Below are positions 46,034-59,809 of a stretch of DNA of 62,482 nt, piece by piece. This DNA comes from a virus (lineage: Duplodnaviria > Caudoviricetes): positions 1-62,482 of IMG/VR virus record IMGVR_UViG_3300044819_000092; one strand, 5' to 3'. How positions within the stretch are numbered: position 1 is the stretch's first letter; each line of letters starts with the position of its first letter. The notes beneath the pieces were generated by a model, which did not search any database, was not told where the DNA came from, and saw nothing but the letters and a program-made list of their open reading frames with translations. The position numbers and the translations under genes are program-made.

Positions 46034-46510
46034 CTACTGCGCCTCGTAGTGGGGGGTCATTGGGGCCGAGGTCGGCTGGACGGTGGTCGGCATCTCGCGC
46101 GTGAACGGCATCCGCAGCTGGCACTCGAGGATGCACAGCACCCCCTCGGCGGTCGAGCCCCGGGTGTCCCAGGTCTCGCCGGTCACGGCGTAGCTGCCGC
46201 AGGCGACGTAGTGCAGGGCCGCGACCAGGTGCCCGGCCAGCACCTCGGCCGAGGCGACGTCGTCGTGCCAGATGTGGGCGTTGACCTGGACGCTCCGGTG
46301 CCACAAGGCCCCTGGGTGCCGGATGAAGTCTCCGCCGTTCTTCTTGGCGACGGCGATGGGCCCGCCCCGCGGGATCCAGGCGATCCTGGGGGTGGTGTCG
46401 AGATCCGCCAGCTCCCGCTCGCCCAGGCTGAAGGTCGGCACGGGGAGCCCCAGATCCGTGAGCACGGCGAGGAGCTGCGCGTTGACCGCGTCGAGGACCT
46501 CCTGGATCAT
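46034..46510 (-). CDS. Tail terminator-like protein
   Basis: Position between neck and sheath genes. Confidence 0.55.
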   Translation of the reverse strand: MIQEVLDAVNAQLLAVLTDLGLPVPTFSLGERELADLDTTPRIAWIPRGGPIAVAKKNGGDFIRHPGALWHRSVQVNAHIWHDDVASAEVLAGHLVAALHYVACGSYAVTGETWDTRGSTAEGVLCILECQLRMPFTREMPTTVQPTSAPMTPHYEAQ

Positions 46511-46950
46511 GCGGCCGCCCCGCCCCTGCCGTAGCGCGCGAGCACGAGCTCGGCGGTCTCGTTGAAGGCGGCGGCCCAGATGGGGCCGAGCCCGCCGGTC
46601 GAGGCCATCGGGATCATCTGGCGCTGGGGCATCCGCTTGCTGCCGTACTGGTGGACGCGCGCGTAGACGACGGGCATGTCGATGCGGAACCCGGCGGCGG
46701 TGGCCCGGGTGGCGACCGAGGCCCGGAGGCGCCCGGTGTCCTGGAGGATCATCCCCTGCCGGTAGCGGATCGGCTTCCAGGGGCGCCCGTACGGATCGCG
46801 CTCGGCCCGGAAGCCGTTCGCCACCTGGGTCCTCGCCTCCTCGGCCAGGTTGCGCGCGAGCAGGCGCCGGAAGGGCGGCGAGCCGAGCCCGGCCAGGCGC
46901 CCTCGGAGCTCGGGCAGGCCCATGGCGGACGTCTTTGACACGCCTGCCAT
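46507..46950 (-). CDS. Virion morphogenesis protein (Mu gpG/P2 S-like)
   Basis: DPYGRPWKP...ILQDTGRLRAS...YARVHQYG. Confidence 0.85.
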   Translation of the reverse strand: MAGVSKTSAMGLPELRGRLAGLGSPPFRRLLARNLAEEARTQVANGFRAERDPYGRPWKPIRYRQGMILQDTGRLRASVATRATAAGFRIDMPVVYARVHQYGSKRMPQRQMIPMASTGGLGPIWAAAFNETAELVLARYGRGGAAA

Positions 46951-46952
46951 GG

Positions 46953-47429
46953 TCAGCCGGTCTGGAACGGGCCCCGGTAGAACGCGAACTCGGTCCCCCG
47001 CACGGAGTACCCGCGCGACTCGGCGCTGATGACCCGCGACTGCCCGGCCGACGGCTCCCCGACCTCGGCGCCTGCGCCCGAGTCGATGATCCCGGTCGGC
47101 ACGACGGTCCCCTGGGCCACGAGCTTGAGCCAGGCCAGGGTGTCCCTGTACCTGTCGAGGACGTTCTTGTCGCTGGCGCTCTGGTCGGGGTTGAGGCCCT
47201 TGGCGCTGAGGAGATCGTAGGCGGCGATGATGGCGGTCGCCCGGACCAGATCCCCCCCGATGGCCATGAGCGGTAGCTGGTAGCGGGCCAGGTAGCCGTT
47301 CACCAAGTCGGTCGCGGTCTGCAGGGCGATGGTCTTCGCCGGCTCCAGGATCTTCGCCAACGCCTCGGCGCGCATCCCGAGAGCCTCGAGCTGCGCGACG
47401 TCGGCGTAGACGGTGATGGGCCCGGCCAT
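46953..47429 (-). CDS. Mu gp36/DUF1320-like head-tail adaptor
   Basis: VNGYLARYQLPL...IAAYDL...RYRDTLAWLKLVAQG. Confidence 0.85.
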   Translation of the reverse strand: MAGPITVYADVAQLEALGMRAEALAKILEPAKTIALQTATDLVNGYLARYQLPLMAIGGDLVRATAIIAAYDLLSAKGLNPDQSASDKNVLDRYRDTLAWLKLVAQGTVVPTGIIDSGAGAEVGEPSAGQSRVISAESRGYSVRGTEFAFYRGPFQTG

Positions 47430-47434
47430 GGGGG

Positions 47435-47899
47435 CTACCTCTTGCCCTTGCTGTGCTTGCCGGTGTGCTCGTCGTCGGAGACGGCGGGCGGTTGGGCGTG
47501 CTCGAGCTCGACGATGTGGGCGGCGAGCGCCTGGTTCGTGTCCTTGAGCTCGGCGATCTCCTTCTCGAGCGCGGCGACCTTGTCGGTGGCGTCGGTGGCC
47601 GTCTTCTTGGCGGCGTCGAGGACCGTCTTCGAGATGGTCTCGTCGGTCTCGCCATCGGCGAGGATGGTGATCCTCCCATCGGCCTTGAGCTCGTCGAAGG
47701 TGGCGCGGGAGATCTTGGTGCTGTCGGGGACCTTCCGCGTCCCGGTCTGCTTGCCCTCGTGGAAAATGGGCTCGTCGAGCATGGGCGGCTCGCTGTCGAC
47801 GACCTCGACCCGGAGGGTCTCGGCGGACGGCCAGAACCGCCCAGGGGTCCAGACGCCGGGGAAGTTCTCGCGGGTAACGGCTCGGATTTTCACGAACAT
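47435..47899 (-). CDS. Mu gp35-like protein
   Basis: Follows the capsid gene; GRFWP...ELKADGRI. Confidence 0.55.
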   Translation of the reverse strand: MFVKIRAVTRENFPGVWTPGRFWPSAETLRVEVVDSEPPMLDEPIFHEGKQTGTRKVPDSTKISRATFDELKADGRITILADGETDETISKTVLDAAKKTATDATDKVAALEKEIAELKDTNQALAAHIVELEHAQPPAVSDDEHTGKHSKGKR

Positions 47900-47913
47900 G
47901 AGGAGGCCTCCGG

Positions 47914-48882
47914 TCAGGTGGTGGAGACGCGCATCGACAGGAACGGCAGGGTGCCGGCAGCGACGCCCTTCGAGTCGGTCCCGTAGACGAAGCGCTTGTT
48001 GTGGAACACCTCGGGGTTCTGGGGATCGGTGATCTGCAGGAGCGCCGATGGATCCTTCGCGATCTGCATGACGAACGGCTTGAGTAGGTTCGTGCTGTGG
48101 ATGTAGTAGACCGTCGGCTGGCCCGACAGGCGCGGGTTGATGCTGAGCTTGAGCGCGCCGCCGATTGCCGCGAGCGCTGCCGGCAAGCGGTTGTCGACCC
48201 CGGCCGCGGCGACATTCGGCGGTGTTCCTGCGACTCCCTGGACGGTCGCCAGGTTGATGCCGGAGGCGAGCGCGGTCGCGCCATCGAGGCCGAGCTGGGG
48301 AGGCACCTCGAGGATCGACGGCATCACCTCCATGGGCAGGCCGTTCTCGTTCTTGTAGGACATCATCGTCGAGATGAGCGTCCACAGGTTTAGCGAGGTG
48401 AGCGGCATGGCGGTGAACGAGTTGCTGTAGGTGCCGCCACCGGCATCGTCGAAGTTGACCGGGTGAGCGGCGTTGTAGAACGTCTGGCCGTCCCAGCTCG
48501 GCGTGGTGTTCGCGGCCACCATGGCGTCGGTGACGAGCTTCTCGTACCACCTGCCGGAGACCTCGCCCGCGATGCGGCCCCGGTCCTCGTACGCGCCGAG
48601 GTTGTCGTAGAAGATGTCGTTTGCATCGACCACGAAGCTGTACTCCCAGTCCTCGTTCTTGAGCTCGAAACCTCGGGTCACGAGGTTGTTGAGGATCCGG
48701 GCGCCCACCCACTTGCGCATCTCCGGCTGGGCCGCGAGCCACATGTGCACGGTCCGGTACGCGGTGGAGGTGGCGCGGTACGCTTTCTCCTGCCAGCGGT
48801 CCTGGCCCTTGCCAAACGCAATGGAGAAGTCCTGCTGGAACTGCGCCTGGAGATCTTGGACGGACTGGGGTGAGACGATCAT
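47914..48882 (-). CDS. Mu gpT-like major capsid protein
   Basis: WL...PEMRKWVGAR, LKNEDWE, DNLGAY, WDGQTFYNAAHPV, LEVPPQL. Confidence 0.9.
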   Translation of the reverse strand: MIVSPQSVQDLQAQFQQDFSIAFGKGQDRWQEKAYRATSTAYRTVHMWLAAQPEMRKWVGARILNNLVTRGFELKNEDWEYSFVVDANDIFYDNLGAYEDRGRIAGEVSGRWYEKLVTDAMVAANTTPSWDGQTFYNAAHPVNFDDAGGGTYSNSFTAMPLTSLNLWTLISTMMSYKNENGLPMEVMPSILEVPPQLGLDGATALASGINLATVQGVAGTPPNVAAAGVDNRLPAALAAIGGALKLSINPRLSGQPTVYYIHSTNLLKPFVMQIAKDPSALLQITDPQNPEVFHNKRFVYGTDSKGVAAGTLPFLSMRVSTT

Positions 48883-48939
48883 GGTGAGGCTCCTGCCGAG
48901 GTGTACCGAAAAGGTGAAAGTGGTATCGGTGGCCGGGGC

Positions 48940-49374
48940 CTAGTTCCCGGGGCTCTGGTAGACCCAGACGCCGCTGGCGTCGACCGCCATGATCTTCCCG
49001 CACTTGCTGCGGGTGCCGCCGCCGTCGGTCTTGGCCACCGTCGCATCGTCGACGGCGAAGCAGTCGTTGCCCACGTCGACCTGAGCGATGGCGTCGCCGG
49101 CGGTGCTGTTCGACCACGAGAACTCGCCGAACTCGATCTTGAGGGTCTTTGCCCCCGAGGGCAGCGCGACCGTGCTGACCACCCGCTCGGGCGACAGGTT
49201 CACGCGCGCGAACCGCTTGAGGGTGGTCGAGGTGATGGCCGGGATCAGGTACCCGGAGGCGTCGACCGCGACCATGGCGCCGTTGTTGAAAATGAGCCCC
49301 GTCTTCGCGAGCTGCTCCTCCGAGCGGTAAAATTCGCCCCGCTCTCGGGTGTTCCTGGGTCCGGTGGTTGCCAT
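48940..49374 (-). CDS. Head decoration/cement protein
   Basis: DAIAQVDVGNDCFAVDDATVAKTDGGGTRS..G..GVWV. Confidence 0.75.
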   Translation of the reverse strand: MATTGPRNTRERGEFYRSEEQLAKTGLIFNNGAMVAVDASGYLIPAITSTTLKRFARVNLSPERVVSTVALPSGAKTLKIEFGEFSWSNSTAGDAIAQVDVGNDCFAVDDATVAKTDGGGTRSKCGKIMAVDASGVWVYQSPGN

Positions 49375-49420
49375 GTTGGTTGGTCCTTGCTGAGGTTCGA
49401 GGTGGAGATCGAGGGCCGGG

Positions 49421-50554
49421 TCAGGCGGTCTGGCCGAGCTTCTTGCGCTCGAATTCCTCGACGTCCTTGAGCGGCCGGCCGAACTGCCGGGCGATCTCGA
49501 TCCGCTCGGCCGAGAGGGCGACGCTGCCCGCGGGGGGCGTGGTGCCGGGCCCCATCTTCACGATGGCGGACAGCTTGGCGACGTAGGTCTTCGCCGCCGA
49601 GACCACGCCAGGGGTGACCTTGCCGCCGGTGAGCCCGAGGAGCGAGGCCTCGACCTCGGCCCTGTCGGCCGGGGGCAGCTTGCCTTCCTTGACGGCGCCC
49701 TCCCAGATGCCGTCGAGCGAGGCGCGCAAGGCCGCGGTGGCGTCCGCCTCCATCTTGGCCTCGAGCACCACGGCCTTGTCGGCGTTGACCTTCATGGCCG
49801 CGAGCGCGGCGATGGCCCCCTCGGGGCTCTCCTGGCCGGTGAGCCGAAAGACGGAGCCCCGCAGGGTGACGAGGCCCTGGACGAGCGACAGCCGCTCGGT
49901 GGAGGGGACGTCCGAGCGCAGTCCGACCGCGGCCGAGAGCGCGACGACTTCGCCGCCCTGGGCCTCGAGCACCTTGATGCGGGTGTTGGCGATGTCGAGC
50001 TGGGCCTTGGTCTCGTTGTAGAGCTTCTCGAATTCCACTTGATCCTCCTCAGACTTGGCCATGGCCGCGATGAGCGGAGCGATGCCGTTGAGCCCTGCCA
50101 GGTTGACGAGGGCGAAGTTGATGAGCTTGCGAGGCCGGCACAGGCCGTCGTCGCCGTAGTCGTAGGCAAAGGCGGGGGAGAAGAGGTTGTAAAGACCGCC
50201 CTCGACATCGGCCTTGCCCTCGGCGCTCCACTGGATCTCGCTCGCCCAGAGCTCGCCGTTCCGAACCTCCGGCACGAACGAGCACGAGGACATCCCCTGC
50301 TCGCGGGTGATGCGCTCCCCGTCGTACTTGGGCAGCATCTCGTGGTTCCAGTCGGCGTAGAGCCGAGGGATCCCTTTGTTCCCGAAGCTCGCCATCACGA
50401 GCGCGGCGGCCAGCTCGTCGAACACGAAGGGCCCGTAGTCCGAGTCGTTCTGCCCCTCTTTGAGCAGGCGGATCTCGCTCGGAGCCTTGCCCTCCTTCGA
50501 CAGCTCGATGCCTGCCGAGAGGATGGCCGTCCCGTGTTTGGCGTGCTTCCCCAC
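49421..50554 (-). CDS. Mu-like prohead protease/scaffold
   Basis: ADWNHE...IQWS...YNLFSPAF...ALVN. Confidence 0.85.
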   Translation of the reverse strand: MGKHAKHGTAILSAGIELSKEGKAPSEIRLLKEGQNDSDYGPFVFDELAAALVMASFGNKGIPRLYADWNHEMLPKYDGERITREQGMSSCSFVPEVRNGELWASEIQWSAEGKADVEGGLYNLFSPAFAYDYGDDGLCRPRKLINFALVNLAGLNGIAPLIAAMAKSEEDQVEFEKLYNETKAQLDIANTRIKVLEAQGGEVVALSAAVGLRSDVPSTERLSLVQGLVTLRGSVFRLTGQESPEGAIAALAAMKVNADKAVVLEAKMEADATAALRASLDGIWEGAVKEGKLPPADRAEVEASLLGLTGGKVTPGVVSAAKTYVAKLSAIVKMGPGTTPPAGSVALSAERIEIARQFGRPLKDVEEFERKKLGQTA

Positions 50555-50651
50555 GGCTCAAGGCTCCGCCCGGCCGAGCGGGGCCTCAAATACTGGGGAG
50601 CGGATTTCTTCGGCTAGCCGCTTGAAATTGTTCGGCTAGCCGGCGGGAGGG

Positions 50652-51353
50652 TCAGCCTCCGCCCTCGGCTTCTTTGTCCTCGAGCTCGGCCGCGAACTCG
50701 TCCGGGTAGTCCTTCGGATCGGGCGCCCAGTCCGCCCCGCCTCCGCCCGATGGAGCCCGCCCGAACCCGTCGACCGGCTCGACCTTCGGCCCGCTCCTGC
50801 TCACGCCCTCGCGCTCGGCCTGGGCCTCGGTGAGGGTGACCGCGATGCACCTGCAGTTCGGGTGGAGCGGCGGGTAGTGGGTCTGGAACCATTCGCTGTC
50901 GGCCGACAGGACCGTGCCATCGCATGGGCGGCAAATCTCGGCAGACGTGCGCGAGTCCAAAATCGCCTGGTACCGCCAGTACGGCCGCTCGGCCTTCACG
51001 GCCTGCGCCGCCTCGTGCCTCCCGGCGTTGTAGGCGCCCTGGACGTTGGTGCGGAAGATGGTCTCCACCCGGGACGCGCCATCCTCGCCCCACGCCTCCT
51101 CGAGCGAGTCCTGCACCTCGGCCTTGAAGTCGTCGAGGGTGGTCCCGTCCGCGACCGCGCTCTGGATCGCCTCGTACACGTCGACGACCAAGTCGAGCTG
51201 CGCGACGTCGGCCACGGTGAACGCGAACTCGAGCTCGTCCTGCTCGAGCTCGGTCCAGACGTCCTCGGTCATCGGGACGCGGCGGCGGATGGCCGCGATG
51301 GCCTCGTCGAACTGGATCGGGTTCGGCGAGATGCCGGCGGTGGGATCGGCCAT
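50652..51353 (-). CDS. MuF-like minor head protein
   Basis: RVETIFRTNVQGAYNAGR...YWRYQAILDSRT...YPPLHPNCRC. Confidence 0.9.
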   Translation of the reverse strand: MADPTAGISPNPIQFDEAIAAIRRRVPMTEDVWTELEQDELEFAFTVADVAQLDLVVDVYEAIQSAVADGTTLDDFKAEVQDSLEEAWGEDGASRVETIFRTNVQGAYNAGRHEAAQAVKAERPYWRYQAILDSRTSAEICRPCDGTVLSADSEWFQTHYPPLHPNCRCIAVTLTEAQAEREGVSRSGPKVEPVDGFGRAPSGGGGADWAPDPKDYPDEFAAELEDKEAEGGG

Positions 51354-51373
51354 GGATCAGGGCTCGAGGCGCC

Positions 51374-51583
51374 TCAACCCCAGTTGGGGTTGTAGTTCCG
51401 CTGCTCCCAGTCCCCGGGGCCGCCCTCCTGGATCGGCATGATGGCCACCCAGTCGACGGCGCTGCAGCCGGGCTCGGTGCAGGTGTCCGGGATGACCGTT
51501 CGCGAGCCGGGATCTCCGGTCCACGAGGCAGGCCAGGTGTGGCCGTTCGCGCAGGTTGCTACTCCATCGGGATCGGGCGGCAT
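51374..51583 (-). CDS. Small Cys/His protein
   Basis: CANGHTW...CTEPGC. Confidence 0.5.
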   Translation of the reverse strand: MPPDPDGVATCANGHTWPASWTGDPGSRTVIPDTCTEPGCSAVDWVAIMPIQEGGPGDWEQRNYNPNWG

Positions 51584-51593
51584 TGGGCGCTCC

Positions 51594-55037
<3,444 letters not shown>

Positions 55038-55040
55038 GGA

Positions 55041-55496
55041 TCACCAGGTGACCACGATCTTGAGCGAGCAGTCGTTCGGGAAGGACATTTGCTTTCCGTT
55101 CGCGAGGGTGGCCTTGACTCGAGCGTCGTACCGACCGGACGAGTAGCCGGTCCAATCGAATTCGATCTTCCCGTCGGTGGCAGGGGTGAGGATGGTGCAG
55201 GCGGCGGTGACCGGGGCGAGCGACACGTCCTCGCGCCGGATCGCGAAGGTGACGGTGGCGCCGGTCAGATCGACGGGCGCTCCGTCCGGCCCGAGCAAGG
55301 TCATCTTGAGGACGGGCGCGGTGTCTTGCTCGCCGAGGTAGATGGTCCGCGCGCGCCCGCTGCCCATGACCGTCGTGCCGTCGTTGGCGAAGAGCGCCTC
55401 GGTGCCCATGCGGTTGCCGGTCAGTCTGGTCGGGCCTGGCGACGAGACGAGCGCGCGGGTGCGCGTGCCCTCGATGCGAGATCTGAGACCGACCAT
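55041..55496 (-). CDS. Stand-alone BppU-like domain protein
   Basis: Near-identical to the N-terminus of the downstream fibre gene. Confidence 0.75.
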   Translation of the reverse strand: MVGLRSRIEGTRTRALVSSPGPTRLTGNRMGTEALFANDGTTVMGSGRARTIYLGEQDTAPVLKMTLLGPDGAPVDLTGATVTFAIRREDVSLAPVTAACTILTPATDGKIEFDWTGYSSGRYDARVKATLANGKQMSFPNDCSLKIVVTW

Positions 55497-55746
55497 CTGC
55501 GGGCAATTACGCGCCCCCCTTCCCCGAACCTCAAAATCCCGGGGCCTCGGGAAGTTGAGCCCGGCCGCACTTGCCCCTACCTTTGTCCGGGACTGCGGGG
55601 GGTGGCTCGGTCATTTCTACCTTCATCTACGTCCGTGCTCTCAGGGACAGCGCCGCGGGACTGGGGGCATAACTTCTGCATTCTTATTGGGCCTCCGGTC
55701 CCGCGGGGATTTTGAGGCCGAGCCCGGCCCGGGTGAGCATTCTCGG

Positions 55747-56145
55747 ATGAAGCTCCTGCCGCCCGTTGCCCTCGCCGCCCTCGCTCTTCTCGCCGGGACC
55801 TGCCAGATGCCGGCGGTGAAGGACGCCGGCCACATCGCGGAGAACTGCGCGGCCCCGGCGGTGAAGACCCTGGCCTCGCACATCCTCGACGACGTGCAGA
55901 GCGCGCTCGTGTCGATGGACGTGACCGGGGGGATCGTCGGCATCGTCGCCGGGATCGTCAAGGGCGTCGTCAAGCAGGAGAAGGCCCGGGCCGAGGACGA
56001 GGCCTGGCAGGCGGCCAAGTGTGCGGTGACCGAGGTCCGGGCCCAGTCGAGCGTCCACCTCGGCTATGGCCTGCACGACCAGCCGACGATCGCCCGGGAG
56101 GCCCTGGTCCTCACCAACGCGGACGCATGGCTCCGGGCCCACTGA
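55747..56145 (+). CDS. Putative secreted protein or lipoprotein
   Basis: MKLLPPVALAALALLAGTC signal-like N-terminus. Confidence 0.65.
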   Translation: MKLLPPVALAALALLAGTCQMPAVKDAGHIAENCAAPAVKTLASHILDDVQSALVSMDVTGGIVGIVAGIVKGVVKQEKARAEDEAWQAAKCAVTEVRAQSSVHLGYGLHDQPTIAREALVLTNADAWLRAH

Positions 56146-56885
56146 TGCCGCAAATCTGCGTCCTCAACCAATCGGGCGCCGACGATGCGGACGTGGCGTT
56201 CGCCTGCAAGGCTGTGGACGCCCAGCTGCGCCACGATTTCTGCCCGCTCTTCCCCGACGTCGCCTATCAGCCGGTCGCCTTCTTCGCCAGCAAGCAGAAC
56301 CTGCCGACGTTCGAGGGCGTCTCCCTCATCGCGATCATCTGCGAAGACATCGAAGTCCCCGGAGCCGCGGCCTACCACGGCGTCCTCGGCCAGCCCTACA
56401 TCCGCATCGATCGCCACGACGGCGAGCTCTCCGTGCTGCTCTCCCACGAGGTGCTCGAGGAGGCGGCCGATCCGAAGTGTGACGAGCGGCGCCTCTTGCC
56501 CGGCGGGGTGGTCGTCGCCTACGAAGTTTGCGATCCGGTGCAAGGCTGGTCCTACCCGATGAGCGTCTCGCTCTTCGGTGAGACCCGGGCCGTGCTCGTG
56601 TCGGCATTCGTGACGCCGGCCTGGTTCAGCGGGGGGCCCGGGCGCCGGTCCGTGAACGGGACGACGGCCGATCTGGGGCGCGGGGAGCTGGCCCCCGGCG
56701 GGTACCTGCCTACGCTGGTCTCGGTCGCGCCGGGGGCGGGGAGCCGGGTGGCGGCGCCTGCGGCCTGGGCCCATACGTTCGGGCCCCGGGCCAACCGGGA
56801 CGCCGTCCTCGAGCGGGCGGTCCGGGAGGGCTCGCGCTTCAGCCGGATCACGGAGCCGCGCGATCGACGCCGCTATGAGGGGTGA
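56145..56885 (+). CDS. Putative metal-binding hydrolase (HExxE)
   Basis: AAYH...SHEVLEEAADP...YEVCDPVQ. Confidence 0.6.
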   Translation: MPQICVLNQSGADDADVAFACKAVDAQLRHDFCPLFPDVAYQPVAFFASKQNLPTFEGVSLIAIICEDIEVPGAAAYHGVLGQPYIRIDRHDGELSVLLSHEVLEEAADPKCDERRLLPGGVVVAYEVCDPVQGWSYPMSVSLFGETRAVLVSAFVTPAWFSGGPGRRSVNGTTADLGRGELAPGGYLPTLVSVAPGAGSRVAAPAAWAHTFGPRANRDAVLERAVREGSRFSRITEPRDRRRYEG

Positions 56886-57154
56886 TGACGGGGCCCGATC
56901 TCGCCAAGCTCGAGGCCGACGTCGCGGCCCAGCTGCGGCGCCTCGGTGAGAGCGACGAGCTCCTCGCCACGCTGCGCGCCAGCCTGAAGGTCGCCCTCGC
57001 GGATGGCCGAGCCGTCGTCGCCAGGCTCGAAGAATTGGACAAGGCCGCGGCGGACGCAGCGCACCGGCAGACGTCCCTGCGCTCGGCGTTCCTCGTCACC
57101 CTGGACTACCTCGACAAGGTCGCGCCCATCGACGACGGTGGAGGTGCGGCCTGA
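56882..57154 (+). CDS. Hypothetical coiled-coil protein
   Basis: Coupled ORF. Confidence 0.55.
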   Translation: MMTGPDLAKLEADVAAQLRRLGESDELLATLRASLKVALADGRAVVARLEELDKAAADAAHRQTSLRSAFLVTLDYLDKVAPIDDGGGAA

Positions 57155-57360
57155 GATGCTAGGATGGTCCCCGGTGCCCATCTACAGCCTCCCAGCGAAC
57201 GATATCCGGGATGCCCGTCGGCAAGCCCTGTCGCGGGACGATCTGGCGAGCGAGATGGATCTGAAGCGGGCCGAGAATCGGATCGTGGCGGAGAAGGGGA
57301 AGGACGGCGCAGGGGCGAGGTGGATGCTGCGCCGGTTGCGGATGCGGCTCTTCGGGGGAC

Positions 57361-58077
57361 CTACTTCAGCATCTCGGTGATGTCGAGGGTCCCGATGACC
57401 GGCTTGGCAATATTGTACGCCGCCGCGATCCGCCCGAGTATCCAGTCCACCTCGGTCACGTCGAGCCCTTCGAGCGCACGGGCCATGTTGGCCAGCCCAG
57501 AGAGCCGACGCGACTCTCGCGTCACGTAGTCGGCGAGCGGCCCCGTGCCGGCTTGCACCTGGCCGGTCTCGATGCGCCGGGAGAGGTGGAGCTTCTCGTT
57601 CGCCCACGCGAGCGCTTGCGTCTCGTCCACCGCCGCCTGGGTCGCCATCCCACGCCTCGCGAATTCTTCTAGACCGATGGCGTGGCCGTTCGAGCCGTTG
57701 CTGCCTCCGTGGTTCGGCGTCTCGGCCGGCAGCTTGTGCGCCGGACCCCACGTCATGATCTCTGTCGAGTCCTTCGCCGCCAGAGGATTCAGCTCCCGGT
57801 ACCGCGCGCGCCGCCGCTCGTTGTCCGCATCCCTGCGCTCGTCGGCGGATGGAGCCCGTTTCGAGTACCGGCCGATCGGGGGAATCAGGCCCTTGCCGCG
57901 CGCGATGTGCTGCCAGGCTTGGACGGCCGACATCACTGCGGCCTTCTCCGAGGTCTTCTCCGTCTTCACCGTCTCCGACGTGCCGTCGGCAAAGCGCAGC
58001 TCGGCCGAAAACTTCGGTGAGCGCGGGCCCCGGAACACTCGGACCTTGCGCAGAGATTCGTCAACTACCTTCGCCAT
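57361..58077 (-). CDS. Hypothetical, possibly DNA-binding protein
   Basis: Basic N-terminal beta-strands; GGAG RBS. Confidence 0.6.
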   Translation of the reverse strand: MAKVVDESLRKVRVFRGPRSPKFSAELRFADGTSETVKTEKTSEKAAVMSAVQAWQHIARGKGLIPPIGRYSKRAPSADERRDADNERRRARYRELNPLAAKDSTEIMTWGPAHKLPAETPNHGGSNGSNGHAIGLEEFARRGMATQAAVDETQALAWANEKLHLSRRIETGQVQAGTGPLADYVTRESRRLSGLANMARALEGLDVTEVDWILGRIAAAYNIAKPVIGTLDITEMLK

Positions 58078-58099
58078 CGCTCACTCCTTTTTTCATCGG

Positions 58100-59591
58100 T
58101 CATTGCCCTCGTAGCTTCTCCAGCACCTCGACGAAGAGGCGGATCATGTCCTCCCGCTCCGCAGATGAGACGTACGCCATGTTCCCCTTCTCCCCGAAGT
58201 CGAACATGATGAGCGCGAAGCCACTCCCCGGCGGCATGATCTCGCGGAGTGTCCGGCCGATGCCGGCGCAGCTGGCTTCGAGCGCGAGCCGCGCCTTGCG
58301 CTGCTCCGGGGATTCGGGCTCGGCCTTCATGGCTCGACCTTCGACCCGGGGTTGGCCGGCGGCGTCGGATCGCCCTTCTCCGTGAACAGGTCGAGGTTGC
58401 GCAGGCACCCGTCCAAGACGATCCGCGCGAACGCGTTTACCTCCTCCTGCCGCAGCCGCAGTTGGCCCGTGAGCGCGCCGTTGACGAACACCGCGATGTC
58501 GCAGTGGCTCGGCGTCGGGTGGCGGTAGTCGAGGGTGATCTTCATGCCTTCACCTCGGGGCTCCCGTCTGGGCTAATGACGAACCGTTTGAGAGTGCCCG
58601 CCGCCGCCTGCGACAATTCGAGCAGTTCCGCGAACGCGTCATCCGGAGCGCCGGCCATGTTGAGCATCACCCGCGCGGACGTGAGCGCCACCAGCACCGC
58701 CTCGTTGACGTTCGGGCACTCTACGCGCAGGAGGGCGACGGTGCTCGTCACCTCGGCAGCGACCCGATCCATCGTTGCCGTCACGTCGTCCCGGCTCACG
58801 GCGGCGCCTCCGCTTCCGGCGTCGGCGGCTTGGCGGCCGCTTCTTCGACCACCGCCTTCAAGCGGACGGCCTCCGCTGCGATTCTCCTCAATTCTGCGTC
58901 CCTGGCCTCGCCGTCCGGCATCTCGCACCAGGCGAGCACATCTCTCTGCCATTTGCCGATCGGGCATTCAGGCGTGTGGCTCATATCCACGTCTCCACGA
59001 TGGTCGGATCGTCGTCCGGGTGGCGATCCAGGTGCGTGAGCCCGTACGGCAGCCGCGCCCGGATGCGGCGGTAGGAGTCCTCGACCGCGAACGGCTCCGG
59101 GTCAGACTTCACCTCGCCGGCCGAGGTCGCCACCTGCCGGCGGCAGACCCACTTGCCCGGGAAGTCGCGGGGGTTCCGGTAGATGACGAAGACGGGCAGC
59201 TCGTCCGGGATCATGAGGGCCGCCTTCCCGTTGCGTGGTCGTGCTCCGCCCGGGTCAGGCAGTCTTCACCGCAGTAGTTCGTGAACCCCGCTCCAATCGC
59301 GTGGCCGCATACCTTGCACTTGCCGGAGGCCTCCGCCGCCGAGTGAAGACCATCCTTCTTCCCCGGCGGCAAGCTGTCGATCTCCTCGCGGGCCGAGAGC
59401 CGGACGAGGTGCAAGGTCTTGTCCCCCTGGCGCGCGATCTCCTCGGCGAGCGAGCGCAGAGAGTCGAGCCTCGTCCTGTCCGCCATCACGAGCGGCAGCC
59501 AGCCGTCCGGTCCCTGGAACGCGACGATGCCTTCCTCGTTGTCGTCGCCGACGGCGAGCCAGGCCCAAATCTCGGTGACCCGGAAGCTCAT
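58100..59591 (-). other. Cluster of short, translationally coupled hypothetical genes (58100-58330, 58327-58545, 58542-~58799, 58796-58990, 58981-59214, 59211-59591)
   Basis: Chain of overlapping start/stop codons with protein-like translations. Confidence 0.6.
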
Positions 59592-59809
59592 TGGCCGATC
59601 GCCTTCAGCGCTTCGCTGTACGTGAAGGAAACCAACGAGGTGCGCCCCCTCTTGATCCGATGAACGCCAGGCACGAGCAACAGATGCCGCAGATACCGAT
59701 CTGCGCTGGCGACCGTGATGCCGAAGTCTCGCGCCAGCGATTTTCGATCGTGGACGCGCCCCTGCATCAAGGTCGTCATGATCGCGCACGTGGTCTCGAT
59801 GGTCCCCAT
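59588..59809 (-). CDS. Small winged-HTH protein
   Basis: RKSLARDFGITVASADRYLRHL. Confidence 0.7.
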   Translation of the reverse strand: MGTIETTCAIMTTLMQGRVHDRKSLARDFGITVASADRYLRHLLLVPGVHRIKRGRTSLVSFTYSEALKAIGQ

